The notes under the pieces: generated by a model
Seen by the model: only the letters and a program-made list of their open reading frames with translations
Told to the model about the DNA's origin: nothing
The model's database searches: none
Source: Magallana gigas
Lineage: Eukaryota
Direction: 5' to 3'
Assembly: GCF_963853765.1 (NCBI RefSeq)
Contig: NC_088862.1
Coordinates: forward strand, 3,224,001 to 3,288,000
DNA length: 64,000 bases
Made by a program: the position numbers and the translations under genes
Shown: in pieces, positions 12,010 to 24,135 of the stretch
Layout: each line of letters opens with the position of its first letter
How positions within the stretch are numbered: position 1 is the first letter of the stretch

Positions 12010-14273
12010 GATGCTTTCAAATCCTTCAACTCTTCCAACGACTCATTGGTGGACTCTGTGAGTTCCAGTGGTACTGTGACATTATGTGGATCCATCCAGA
12101 GGAACCGGATCTCGTACTGTGAACCAGACGTTATTCCCAAGAGTTGAACCAGACTTCATCGCAGCGAGAGTGAGAGGAGACACCGACAGAAACTTCGCAG
12201 TCCCATCCTCCAGGTGCACAACAAGAGCCTAAACCGAGAGGTGCTGGAAGATGCAACAGTGAAGATGGTTCCAGATCTTCCACCCGACTCCACTAAGTCC
12301 CTGGAAGATGTACAGCAGTCCATGCAGAACACGGCTTACTGGGTCAGCAACAGTCGCTACAGCAGCCAGCCAGATGACAGCGCAACCCTCATCAAGGACA
12401 AGCCGGACATCAGTTAGCGGGAACTGTGTAAGGAGATCATTGGGATCTACTTCAGCGAGATGGACAGCGACAGCTCTCTCTCCTCCTCCTCCTGTATGGA
12501 GAACTCTCTGGATGGCGAAGATTCCACTTCCTCCTCTTCCAGCTCTGGGGATTCAACGTGTCTTCCACGCACACTGGAGACGAATCTGGACGACTTCTCT
12601 ACGGCTGTTTACATCCCTGCCAAAGCTTCAGAGGCCCACACCCGCAAAATCAGCAGTGGTAAGTTATACTGTAGTGTAAACTAGAAACACTGTGATGCTA
12701 AATACATTTGTAAAATTGTAGAATTCAGCAGGTGATACAAAATTCAGAATTTGGATTCAGGGATTTTCTGCCTCACCAACAGTGTTAAACTTTTGAAATT
12801 TTGTATAAATTTATACATAATACAACAGCTCATAAAATGTTTTCAATTTTTGATAAACCATCCTATAATTCCCAATTGTAAGGACCTGAGCCTCATTCCG
12901 AAAAATCCTAGGGATGGTTGCTTAATTAATTTCTATTTTGATATGGTTATTTCAATATGATAATAAGTATGTTTTTTTGTTTACAGCTAAGGTGACCAAG
13001 ACAGTATCCACTGTAAAAAACAGATCTGACCCCCACAGAGTGGCCATGGCCAACAGTCAGAAGGGGGGCGGACTGTGCTGTAAGGATAAACCCGTCCCCA
13101 AACTGGTAAGTCATCGAGGGGCATACAAACAAGACATGTGTAGAAAGTATTTGGCGTCTGACTACTAGGCTTGCAATAAGAAGAGACTAGAAGTAATTAA
13201 ATGTCTCTTCAATGCGCAACCCTCGCCTCTACAATTTATGATATAATTATAAAAACCAAGAAAAGAATTGGGAATTATTCTAAAGAGTGTCTTCAAATGA
13301 GTAATTTATTAATTCACTCCAAAATAATAGATGGCCTTGTGTTTGATATTTTATCTTAAGCATATCTTTAATTTTTCTCTTTTTTTCCTTATAGTCTGAG
13401 CATGAGGTGGACACCATTACAAAGCTACACACCATCTGTAACGGACAGCGAGTGGTGCAGTACCTTAACATGGCAGAGTCTCCCATGGTCCACTTTCCTC
13501 GTAAGTATACACACACAATACAAAAATATATGTATTCTAAAACAACATGAATATAAATTATAATAATAACTATAAGTATTGTAGTCACTGAAAATGTAGA
13601 AATCATTCTGAGAAGTAATGAATATCTACATGTCAAGATCAATTTATGCATTGAACATGTAAATACAACGTGAACAAAGAGTTAACCTGTGTATGTTTGT
13701 GATTATTTCAGCTCCAAAGCGCGCCAGTCGGATCATCTGGAACCCGGATCTGGAGGACGACTCCCTGAACCCCCACTCCCCCCGCCACACCCCCACCAAG
13801 CCCCGCTCCGTGCTCAGACAGGTAACCACCTCCATATTGACCATATAGCTATATAGTGTAAAACTGTATGCAGAGGACACAGCTACTCATATACATTTAT
13901 ACATATTGATTTAAGAAGTAAAAAATCAAATCATCATTCTCGAAAAGTATGAGGAAAAAATAGATAGTTCTAAAGAATCTCTATTTTGTACTGATATGCG
14001 ATGTGTACATATAAATACTGTAAACTCTTTGAATGTGTCACAGTAACTCAAATAAATATATGGTTTTTATGTACCAGTTCAAGATATTATAATTAAAAGT
14101 GTATCTCTTAAACAGATTTCCTTTATACATGTTTTAATGGTGTATGTTTTGTTTTACAGAGACCTGAGGACTTCACCTTTCCTTTCGTTGAGGACAAGCC
14201 CTCCCCAATTGTCATCACCAGAGTCAGGAGGAGCAAGTCCATGTCTCGGACTTCAAAGGAGTGGCCATGGTAA
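12010..14273 (+). pseudogene. Decayed 3' fragment (5 exons) of the same unidentified gene, copy 2
   Basis: Exons about 12010-12658, 12987-13105, 13395-13500, 13712-13821 and 14160-14273. All splice sites are GT-AG and in phase. In-frame stops at TGA 12145-12147 and TAG 12415-12417 (copy 1 has GAA there). 5' end truncated by repeat DNA. Confidence 0.8.
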
Positions 14274-16169
14274 CAAGCTACTCAGGGTGTGGAAGCCATC
14301 AGAGAGAGACTTTATTGTCGCTAGTATAGGAATCTCGCCAACAGTGTTGATAAATATTTGGTGAAATCTAAGGAATTCAGAGGACATTTCACTACCAGGG
14401 TATTAATTTGTGCCAATTCAGTGACCGCCTTTTATGGCTCGGGAAATGTTTGTTTTCGTTTATCGTGTACTCTCCAAGAAGAAAATGAAATTGCGAAAGG
14501 ACTGGACGTGTGAAATAAAATGCTCCAAGAAATGACTTTGTTATATGGTTTTTGCTTGTTTTTATTTTTTATCCATTTATATCTGTATGTTTGCAATGTG
14601 TTGCACAATTTTATTTAATGTATGGTGAACATTTGTGTTTTATTTTTGTTGTTTTTGTTGAATGCACATTGCTTTTAATGATCATGAATTGTGTCAGTTG
14701 TGTGTGAAAATTGAGAAATTGGAATAAGTTTGTCAATTTTAATACAGAGGAAACCTTTGTAAGCTGTGTGAATATGTGGAGTTATTAGAAAGTCAATTTT
14801 TTATTCATGACAGGTTTCATTTGATGAAGTAGTATAGGCAGATAGTTGTATAGTTTAGGTATGTTTATTTTGTAGTGTTGTAGCCCCTGTTTATTTGTAC
14901 TCTCTATTATTATTACTCAGTATCTCTCAGCCCCAGTATTTGTCACCCCCTTGCCTTGATGGATTGTAATGTCTCAGGTTTACTCACACACATACTCTAT
15001 TGTGAGACTTTTTACAGCAATGTTGTGCAATATATTTATTTTCTAACCCTGACTCAGATCTCCAGTGTGGATGTACTAACCTTCCCCTCCACTGTAACAT
15101 AACTCGGTATTTATTACTTCTAGTTAAGATCAAACCTAGTCTATTTGTACATAAAACAATCAAGTCAACATTTGTAAATAAAACAATCATGCAAACAGTC
15201 ATTTTGTGTTGGTGATTTTTATTATTGTTGAGAAAAGATAATTCAAGAAAAAAATATTACCAGCTGATTGTCAAAGATATTGAGGAAACCAGCCATCGAT
15301 CAGTGTAAGAGTAAAAATGGGACGTGAAGTTTTACCATAGTTTATCAAATTAATAAGACCTCTGTCAATTGAAAATTCTATGATATATCAAACATTAACA
15401 CTGATTCACAGCTATTTTTCTAACTTGTTTAATTTTAAGGTTTAAAGAAGCACAAAATGTAGCAGAATCTAGCAGAACATAGAAGCATTAAAAATTTTGT
15501 TCATGAATTGAGAATAAAGGTTGAGTAAGGTGAACACTTGTATTACATTGTGTATGTATAGGATCTCTCTAATCATTTGTGATGGTATATGATTTTTATC
15601 CGATAAGTTCTGTGTTTTCTATCCCCGGGCCTTGGCAAGGGATACAAATCATCCAACGAGTTTAATAAAATCATACAAGAGAAATTATTTTTAACACGTG
15701 TTTCAATCATGATCATTTTAGTTTTGATTCATGTTTTATAGGATTTTAAATGCAAAACTCGTATTTCAATATACTTACATAAAATTCTTTTGTGACATCG
15801 TAGTGAAATATTAAAAAATTATTACACGAGTTATTTCCATTGCATAATAAGCTAAACATGTAATAAAGTAATTAAAATTCATATTACTTTTGGAGAAAAA
15901 TGATTTCTGGCTTCAAACAAATTTACATTATGAATGTAATTATAAATTGTGCATAATACAAACGAGGAACTATGTAATTGTGTCACAATCACCAAAGTAC
16001 AGCGTCTGAAAGGATTAATGCAAATTTAGAATTAAAATTTTATAAACTTAAAATAAAATGTTAAAAACCTGCCTGCATTTGATTATTCTGAAGGTTATTG
16101 AATAAATAATTATAACCGGTATAACAAAATTAATTAATCATAAGTAATCACGGATTACAAAGCTCACCG

Positions 16170-16850
16170 AGGCTGTGTTGCATTCTACTCCCGGGTGGGA
16201 GTAAGCAAACTTGTGAGTTTTCCACTCCTGTAAGTTAACCTTATTTGAAAATAAATAAATGAACAAGTCAGGATTAATATTATAACAATAATTTATTCAG
16301 ATGGAACAATAAAATTGTCACATGATATAATGATTGAAAAATCACACAAACTCCCATAGTCAAAAACCCTCCCACATCCCATGAATAAAAATCCTACCAA
16401 TACAAATAATTAAAGTAGCTACTTGTACTTATTTAAACTCTACAAATATTCTCTTCCCATTTTCCCAATAATGGGCCTCGAGTTTCCTATAATTATATAA
16501 TAATCATAATTCCAACTTCACGTACCAATAAGATATTGGGTATCCCACAAGGGTATCTCAGCTTTATAATATACTATCTTAAATAACAATAATTACAAAA
16601 CGGGCCTGAGACACATCAGAAGTGTGTATATAGGCTTTCACGGAGATACGATGTTGCCCTGAGATTTAAAATTATGCGTCTGGCTAATTAGCAGACTATG
16701 GGGGAGGGGGGGGGATATATATACCCTTACGTACCCCTAGGTAACCTCAATTAGCCAAAAGCTGAAACGAAACGACCCTACGCCACTCAGGAATAAACAG
16801 ACACGGGAAAGTGCACGCAGTAAATTTCTTGAATAGAATATGAGTTATAT
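16170..16850 (-). mobile_element. Possible DIRS/Ngaro-type terminal-repeat remnant
   Basis: GC-richer non-coding block with a TATATAT-C-run-ATAGTCTG motif on the minus strand. It only resembles tyrosine-recombinase retroelement termini from memory, and no coding remnant is seen. Confidence 0.3.
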
Positions 16851-16872
16851 CTACTATAATTAAAGTAAGATA

Positions 16873-17801
16873 CTAGACTTTGACCCGTGCGTGCATTTAC
16901 GAAATAGGTACATCGACACACCTTATTATTGACATTTACATAACAAAGCTATAAGCCTACAATAATGCTATTAGTTTCACTACACTCCCTTAGTTTGAAT
17001 AATCTAATTGTGTCTCGGGAAAGGCCCTCACCACAGTTAGAATGCCTCCCTTATACCCGTAATGTAGCAGAAAATTTCAGAATAGCTCCGGAACGATTTT
17101 CGAGAAAGTTAATGAAGTTGCCTTGAAATTAAGTCAAATTCATCACAACAAACCATTTTGAGACTGCAAATACCTTTCAACTAAAAGTTTTATTCCATAG
17201 AATGGAAGAATTCAACACCTTTTCACCAACGTGCACGTATTTTCTTTGTAAAACTGGGTCCGTAGGACATTATTCATTTTTACGATAAAACATGTTCTAT
17301 CTTCACTCTCCTAACAAATATAATGTAACTTTTTTGCATGTAATCAAATCTGTTTTGTCGTTACGAAGACAAAAGTAAATACATTGTTGAAATATATATT
17401 TGTTATTTTATACTCTCTCTCTCTCTCATAAGAAATCATTATTATTTATGAACAGAATATAAAGCAAAAGTCCAATGAAAATTTACCCGTATTTGTAACA
17501 TCATTTCTGAGTTTATTCAAGCAGATGTGATATTGTGGAAACATAAACTAAAGATCCCGTTATCGTGAATGTATTGCGCAAGATTGTAAAATTAAAAAAA
17601 TCCAGGTAATTTCCGGGATTTTTTAGGAGTTTTCGTTGATTATTAATTAACGAAGCTTAACTGAGAAAAAATAAAAACAAATTGGTAATCTTCAAGTACT
17701 AATGATGTTTAAAATATATAAAACAAAAGACAGTATTCTTCTGATTTCTCGGTATTAAAGACAAAAAATTCGAGTCTTTTATTTTAATATAGTACTATAG
17801 A
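16873..17801 (-). mobile_element. Non-autonomous Helitron
   Basis: Minus strand starts A|TCTATAGTACTATATTAAAAT and ends ...GCACGCACGGGTCAAAGTCTAG|T. This gives TC...CTAG termini in an AT target with a partly deleted 3' GC-rich hairpin. Confidence 0.75.
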
Positions 17802-18421
17802 TAGATAGATGGGGTCTAATCTACAAAATGCGACAAGTACTAGTAGCTTTTATACTATAACGATGATACAAGCGAAGACATACGTATGTTCATGCAATGA
17901 TAAAACGTAATAAATGATTGCAAACAGACAATAGAGGATCGAGGCCATTAAGACCCGATGTTAAAACATGCTTTCAAATGACACAAAGTATGCATATGAA
18001 CAATTGATATGGGATGAAAGAATAACACGTTCAAGCATGATAATAAATAACAACGATTGATGAATAATCATGGGAGCTGTAAGTGATACGGTGAATTAAT
18101 ATATAAAACCGTTCGACCAAATTTTGTAACACATGGATACTGTTTTGACACAATATCGTACTACTTTATCATATGTTAAAAATTGTATGATAATCACATG
18201 TTCATTGTATACCGCATTATAAGATACAACATTTATCAATACAATTATAAAATACGATATTGCATCCTATGATACTAACAATATATATGATATAATACAA
18301 CAAAATACTGTAATAAATAATGATGCAATATGACATTGTAACATATGATATGACAGTGTATTGTGTTATACATAATTGTATTTTACACATAATGCAATAT
18401 CATAAAATATAATATATTATT

Positions 18422-18449
18422 ACTTATTAGATTACTTACTGACTCACTC

Positions 18450-18485
<36 letters not shown>

Positions 18486-18549
18486 GAAGTCTATGAGATT
18501 GATCAACCCAATACATTTCCGTAGTGAGTCAGTAACTAACCTAATAAGT
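18422..18549. mobile_element. Palindromic element, 60-bp arms (4 mismatches), loop TGGCGAAG
   Basis: 18422-18481 is the reverse complement of 18490-18549 at 56/60 positions. Confidence 0.8.
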
Positions 18550-18762
18550 GTTTTGCTTTCCCGAGGACTATCAAGCGACATATTTATTCACAAATAGCGA
18601 TGCTCTACGTAAAAAATTCAAAAAATTCATAAAATATCATATCTTAAAAAAATTATCATATAACTTTTTACAATGTAATATATGATATAATATTGTATCA
18701 TATAAAACAAAAGTGTATCAAATCATACAATACTATATCATAAAATTCATGTTATATTATTT

Positions 18763-19943
18763 AACAACAAACACATCTATCAAGCAGGCTTGAGTGAGGT
18801 AGATATTTTTAGCATTCTTGATAATGGAGATCAGGCTCTGCTTCTGAAGCTACCTCTTCAATTCATTTATATTATAGTTTAATCAACTATGCGGTCTATT
18901 ATCTATTAAACATGTGATCTAATCCAAAAAAAAAAACTAAACCTCATCCATCATCCGAAACCTTTGGTTCAGATCCAGCATTCAAGCCTGTCAAATGCAT
19001 CATTATCAGAAGATACACCATCCATGCAAGTTTGGTGATGTAAGGACCAGTAATAACTATATTTTAAGCATCCTTGATAAGGAGATCAGGTTCTGCGTCT
19101 GAAGCTACCTCTACGATTCATTTATATTATAGTAAAATCTACTATGTAAGTTTAAAATAGTACTAGTATCTATTAAACATGTGACCTGTTCCAAAAAAAC
19201 ATAACCTCATCCAGTATCCGAAATCTATTACTCATATTTAACATTCAAGTCTATCAGGTGCATCAGTGTCATAACATGCACCATCCATGCAAGTTTGGTG
19301 ATGTAAGGACCAGTGATAACTAAGATATTGTCATCAGAGGGCACCTGCTCCAAAAACTTTAACCAGCTCTAAAAACCTTAACCTCCTCCAGCATCCAAAA
19401 CCTATGGTTCAGATTCAGCATTCAAGCCTGTCAGGTGCATCAGCATCATTAGACGCATCATCCATGCAAGTTTGATGACATTAGAACCAGTAATAACTAA
19501 GTTATAATCATCAGAGGGCACCTGCTTCAAACACTTTAACCAGCTCTAAAAACCTTAACCTCCTCCAGCATCCGAAACCTATGACCCAGATTCAGTATTC
19601 AAGCCTCTCTGGTGCATCAGTATCATAAATGGTGAAGCTAGGACCAGTAGTAACTAAAAAATTGCTATCAAAGGGCACCTGCACCAAAAACTTTAACCTG
19701 CTCCAAAAACCTTAACCCCCTCAAGCATTTGAAATTCATGGCCGAGATTCAGCATCCAACTCTTTCAAGTCCATAAGAAGGTCCAGATGCATCATTCATG
19801 CAAGTTTTGTGAAGTTTAATAGGACAAGTAGTAACTTAGATACAGGACCTGCAACAAAAACTTTAGCCACTTCCGGACGCAGACGCCGACGCAGGGGTGT
19901 AGCATAAGCCCCCCTCCCCGACTTTGTCTCCGTGAGCTAAAAA
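18763..19943 (+). mobile_element. Helentron/HINE-like (pearl/CvA-type) element carrying a about 177-bp satellite array
   Basis: Repeated monomers (AAAAACCTTAACC at 19371, 19548, 19705; TCCATGCAAG at 19021, 19284, 19461), then a GGACGCAGACGCCGACGC micro-repeat and a ...CCGTGAGCTAAAAA end. This is the known layout of satellite-carrying bivalve Helentron derivatives. Confidence 0.65.
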
Positions 19944-20387
19944 GTCCACGAATTTTATTGCAAAATAACATCGAGTAACTTTGATCCATTAACAATTTCA
20001 CCATTCTCAATACAGTTTGAGTTTTTGACTGCAGAACAAAATATAATATTCTTGACAATCCTTATAACTGATAGTAAAAGGTCACTTAGAGTATTAAAAC
20101 CTTTTTAATAATACACTGTTTTCTTATCTATGAAAATATGGTGGCATAGTTCTGACACCACTTGTCAGATAATCATGTCAACTTGTCTGATCTCAATGTC
20201 GACTTGTCAGATAATTATGTTGACTTGTCAGATCTTTATGTCGACTTGTCACTTATTCACGTATTGAAAAAAATAAATACTAAAACGTTTCCACGCCCAA
20301 TTTGTGCCATCCAGTCGACATAATATTTTCTGACAAGTCGACATAAGGATCTGACAAGTTGACATAATTACCTGACAAGTCGACATT

Positions 20388-20750
20388 ATATAAATATTGC
20401 CTGTTTGAGAGGGTAACTGTTGAAATTGACACCCCGAGAAAACCATTGTCAACCGACGCGAAGCGGAGGTTGACAATGGTTTCGAGGGGTGTCAATTTCA
20501 ACAGTTACCCTCCCAAACAGGCACTATTTTTTTATAATACTGACTGTTTTATCTTTAAAGAAAATTTATTGCTTTTATGTAGAAATGAAGTGAATTCTGA
20601 GGCAAACCGTACGCGCATAATTTACGCGCATGTAACAATTCGTTGTGTTACCAGTTGCCAAGTGTGTTGCTAACGCTGAGGGTAATAGAACGGATTATCA
20701 ACTGCGTCTAAACCAATCAGATTTCAGTATTTAACATGAAAGTATAATAA
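20388..20750 (+). mobile_element. Palindrome-headed element (possibly non-autonomous Crypton-like), copy 1
   Basis: About 65-bp inverted arms around GACGCGAAGCGGA plus a unique tail ending CCAATCAGATTTCAGTATTTAACATGAAAGTATAA. A near-identical copy lies at 22239-22613. Confidence 0.7.
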
Positions 20751-22157
20751 TATTATTTGGCAAGACGACACAATACCTTACAAGTGAACATCATTATCTG
20801 ACAAGTCGACTTATAACATGAATGACAATATTCTTCATTTTATTTTTTCTTTCAAATAATTTTGTTAACTTGTCAGATCTCAATGTCGACTTGTCAGATA
20901 ATTATGTTAAGATCTTGATGTCGACTTTTCAGATATTATGATTACAAAGTAATGGCAGTTAGTGGCACAAACACCCTTTGACAACAAAATATTTAGTTTC
21001 TAGTTAATATAATAATTTTCTGACAAGTCAACCTAAAGATCTGACAAGTTGACATAATCATCTGACAAGTCGACATAATCATCTGATAAGTTGACCTTTT
21101 CATCCAACAAGTCGACATAATCATCTGACAAGTCGACATAATCATCTGACAAGTCGAAATAATCAACCGACAAGTTGACATAATTTTCTAACATGTGGAG
21201 GCTACGAAAACGTATAACCGCCTCTTGATGTTGTGTTAAATCTCTCAATGGCAAATTAAAATTTGTGTCATCTTCCTATAAAATGTATGTATTGTCAAAA
21301 TTATGTCGACTTGTACAAAGGAAAACATACAAGTCGATATATTTTGGATGATTTAAACGCTCATTTCAAGCTTTGTTGACTTTGATTAAGTCATAATATT
21401 ATTTTACGTCATAAATTTGTCGCATTTATATAAATGCGTAGAAATTTTCTCGCTATCTCTAATATTGATAATTAATTATGTTGAAACTGTACAATTTGTG
21501 AAGCTTTTGCGTCCATATTTTGATGACTTCTTGCCTGTTTACAAGGAATGTCAACTTAAGTTTGTCGTCTTAAGTTTGAGAAACAATTTAACCCAATTAA
21601 TGTCAATGTCGATTTTATGTATGCAATAATACATGTATAAATGTATACATGGAGAGTTTTATCTATGCCGCGGAATAATGATGATTCTACATAATTCGAA
21701 TTGCTTTTGAAAAATTGAATATAAAATAACTGAGAGAAATATGCATTTCCGAATGCTCTATATATTTCTTAAACTTCAATTTAAAAGTAAAAAAAGAAAG
21801 ACTAACCCTTTGGGTTGGGAACCACGATAACTTAGATTATTTAATGGTAACGAAAAAGAATATAACTTAATTTCAGTCTGTATGTATGGTTTTAAGCAGA
21901 GCTTTAACAGCTGTTTAACCTCAAGACATCTAAGGAGTTTACCATCTCTTCTCCATATCATAGTATTCTATACGGAAACTAATTATTCCAGTCGTTCAAA
22001 TTTTAGTGAAAATTCCTCTCTGACTTAAATAAGTCGCCTAGGTGAGTTCGCCAAACAAAATTATGTTGCAATAAATTCTGCGACATTTAATTTTGGCGGC
22101 ATAGTTTATACGCATTATTTTAGCGCGACATTGCAGAATTCGACATTAACTGATTAA

Positions 22158-23451
22158 GGAAGGAGTCTTTTCATTATCAAACATACTTCTTATAATAAGA
22201 AATTCATGGAATTTTGACACAGTCAAACGGATCATATTATATAAATAGTGCCTGTTTGGGAGGGTAACAGTTGAAATTGACACCCCGAGAAAACCATTGT
22301 CAACCGACGCGAAGCGGAGGTTGACAATGGTTTTCGAGGGGTGTCAATTTCAACTGTTATCCTCCCAAACAGGCACTATTTATTTTGTTATACTGAATGT
22401 CTTAATTTTTAAGAAAAATTTACTGCTTTTATAATTCTATATAGGAATAACGTGAATTCTACAGCGAACCGTACGCGCATAATTTTCGCGCATGTAACAT
22501 TTTTTAATGTTACCCGTTGCCAAGTGCGTTGCTAACGCTGAGGGTAATAGTAAATATTATTAACTGCGTCTTAACCAATCAGATTTCAGTATTTAACATG
22601 AAAGTATAACAATACAAAATGATTCTATCAGTTTAATCAAATTTGACCTTTTTGATTTCGCATAAAGGTCAGGTCAAGGTCACTTCCTTTTTCCTCAACG
22701 TACAGGATGATGAAAATAAGTGTAGCTCTTTGTAGTTCTGTAGACATTTGTTTAAGATTTGAAGATTCTAATCTTCAATGAAATCATAGACCATCAGAGT
22801 GGTTATCAGCTTATACTACTAAATTGGAATAAATATTTATACTAAAATTGATATTGCTTAGCCCGCATTTCCTCTAATTTTCTTATATTTTGAAGAAATT
22901 TTGATTATTTTTTTATGCTTCCAATAATAAAATATTTCTGATTTTTATGTATTATGAAGACATTATATAAAGATATAAATTGACAGAAAAGCTAATATAT
23001 TGACCATTTTATAAGAGAGAAAAACTGATTTTAGTGATTTTTTTCACAAAAATCAATGTAAAGAATGGGCGCTTAAAAGGCTTTTTAAAATGTAATTTGA
23101 TAGGCAAATCATATTTTAAAAACATATTCTGAAACCCAAGTATCATATGATTAGTTCACATTAGTAAAAAAATCCAACATTGAATTGTTATTGTTTTTAA
23201 AATGCTAAAACAGACTCATTAATCTGCAGCAATTCTGAATTGCACAACATGTGATATTTTCCTACGCCAATATTACGCCAAAAATATAGTCCTTGTTCGA
23301 TTCGAAACATTGATTACATTTTTCTATGCCAAGTTTTATGATAGTAAAAAAGAAAGAAAAATATACTATTTTAATATCCTTTCATCTTGATTTAATGAAC
23401 AATTAATCAAATTTACGTTTGACAAGTCGAAAACCAGAAAAGACTCCTTCC
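22158..23451. mobile_element. Kolobok-like non-autonomous DNA transposon
   Basis: Perfect 15-bp TIR GGAAGGAGTCTTTTC / GAAAAGACTCCTTCC, flanked by TTAA on both sides (22154-22157, 23452-23455). Confidence 0.85.
22239..22613 (+). mobile_element. Palindrome-headed element (possibly Crypton-like), copy 2, inside the Kolobok-like element
   Basis: Arms 22241-22305 and 22319-22383, loop GACGCGAAGCGGA; same tail as 20388-20750. Confidence 0.7.
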
Positions 23452-24135
23452 TTAAAGTGCTTAAGACGTCAAACACATGTCGAAATGGTGTCACTCAATA
23501 AAGTTTGTTGTCATAATTAAATTGCTAAACTTTGAAACAATAATATATGACAACATACTTATGTGAATATATCGCGGTCTAACGCAACAATGAGAGGCGG
23601 TTAAACGTTTCCGTAGGTGGCAGATCAATGCCACCATAATGAAGTAGTTGACATTGAAGTTAGGATAAATACAAACAGTACCTCAGTCTAAAGAAAACAC
23701 ATGTGTAATATGTTAAAACTAATGCAGTAAAGTAACAAACCAAATTTCGTAATTTATTTACACTAAAATTCTTAATGTTTGAAATAAAAACAATCTAGTT
23801 ATATATATAGTACACAACAAATTAAAACACACGTTAATTACAGTTTATACATATACACATTTAATCAATTAATCTCTTGATATATTCAGGAGATAAAGTT
23901 CTTTTCAAATTTCATTATTTCAAACTACAGATATTTAAAAATACATGAAATATTTAAAATACATTTTTATGTAAGACGAATTTTAATACATTCCTTATCT
24001 GAAAGACTCTGTTTAAACAAACAATATACACAGTGATTTTTTTTAACATTTCCCCATGTAAAAGATCCAGTATATCATGTTTGATAAATTCATACATTCA
24101 TGCAGTCATGTCATTGAGATAATAACACAATTTGT

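Larger units (their letters stand above)
3117..15330. other. Segmental tandem duplication: about 3117-6130 is repeated at about 12240-15330, each next to a TRIM copy
   Basis: Exons, introns and 3' UTR align nearly base for base by eye, e.g. 5101-5460 vs 14261-14620 and 5700-6040 vs 14860-15200. Confidence 0.9.
21203..23615. mobile_element. Second IS3EU-like element inserted in the right TIR of the outer element
   Basis: 36-bp TIR TACG(A/G)AAACGT(A/T)TAACCGCCTCT... (30/36 match) ending CCGTA, with a 6-bp TSD GGAGGC/GGTGGC. Confidence 0.8.
20137..23638. mobile_element. IS3EU-like non-autonomous element (outer host of nest) with 21-bp GTCGAC subterminal repeats
   Basis: Termini TATGGTGGCAT...ATGCCACCATA; flanks ATGAAAA / ATGAAG; arrays of CAAGTCGACATAATCATCTGA in both orientations. 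Confidence 0.75.

Noticed and set aside
15585-15680. Weak palindrome (TATGATTTT...ATCCC / GGGATAC...AAAATCATA)
   Set aside because: The arms are too diverged to delimit or assign. It is probably an old member of the palindromic class.
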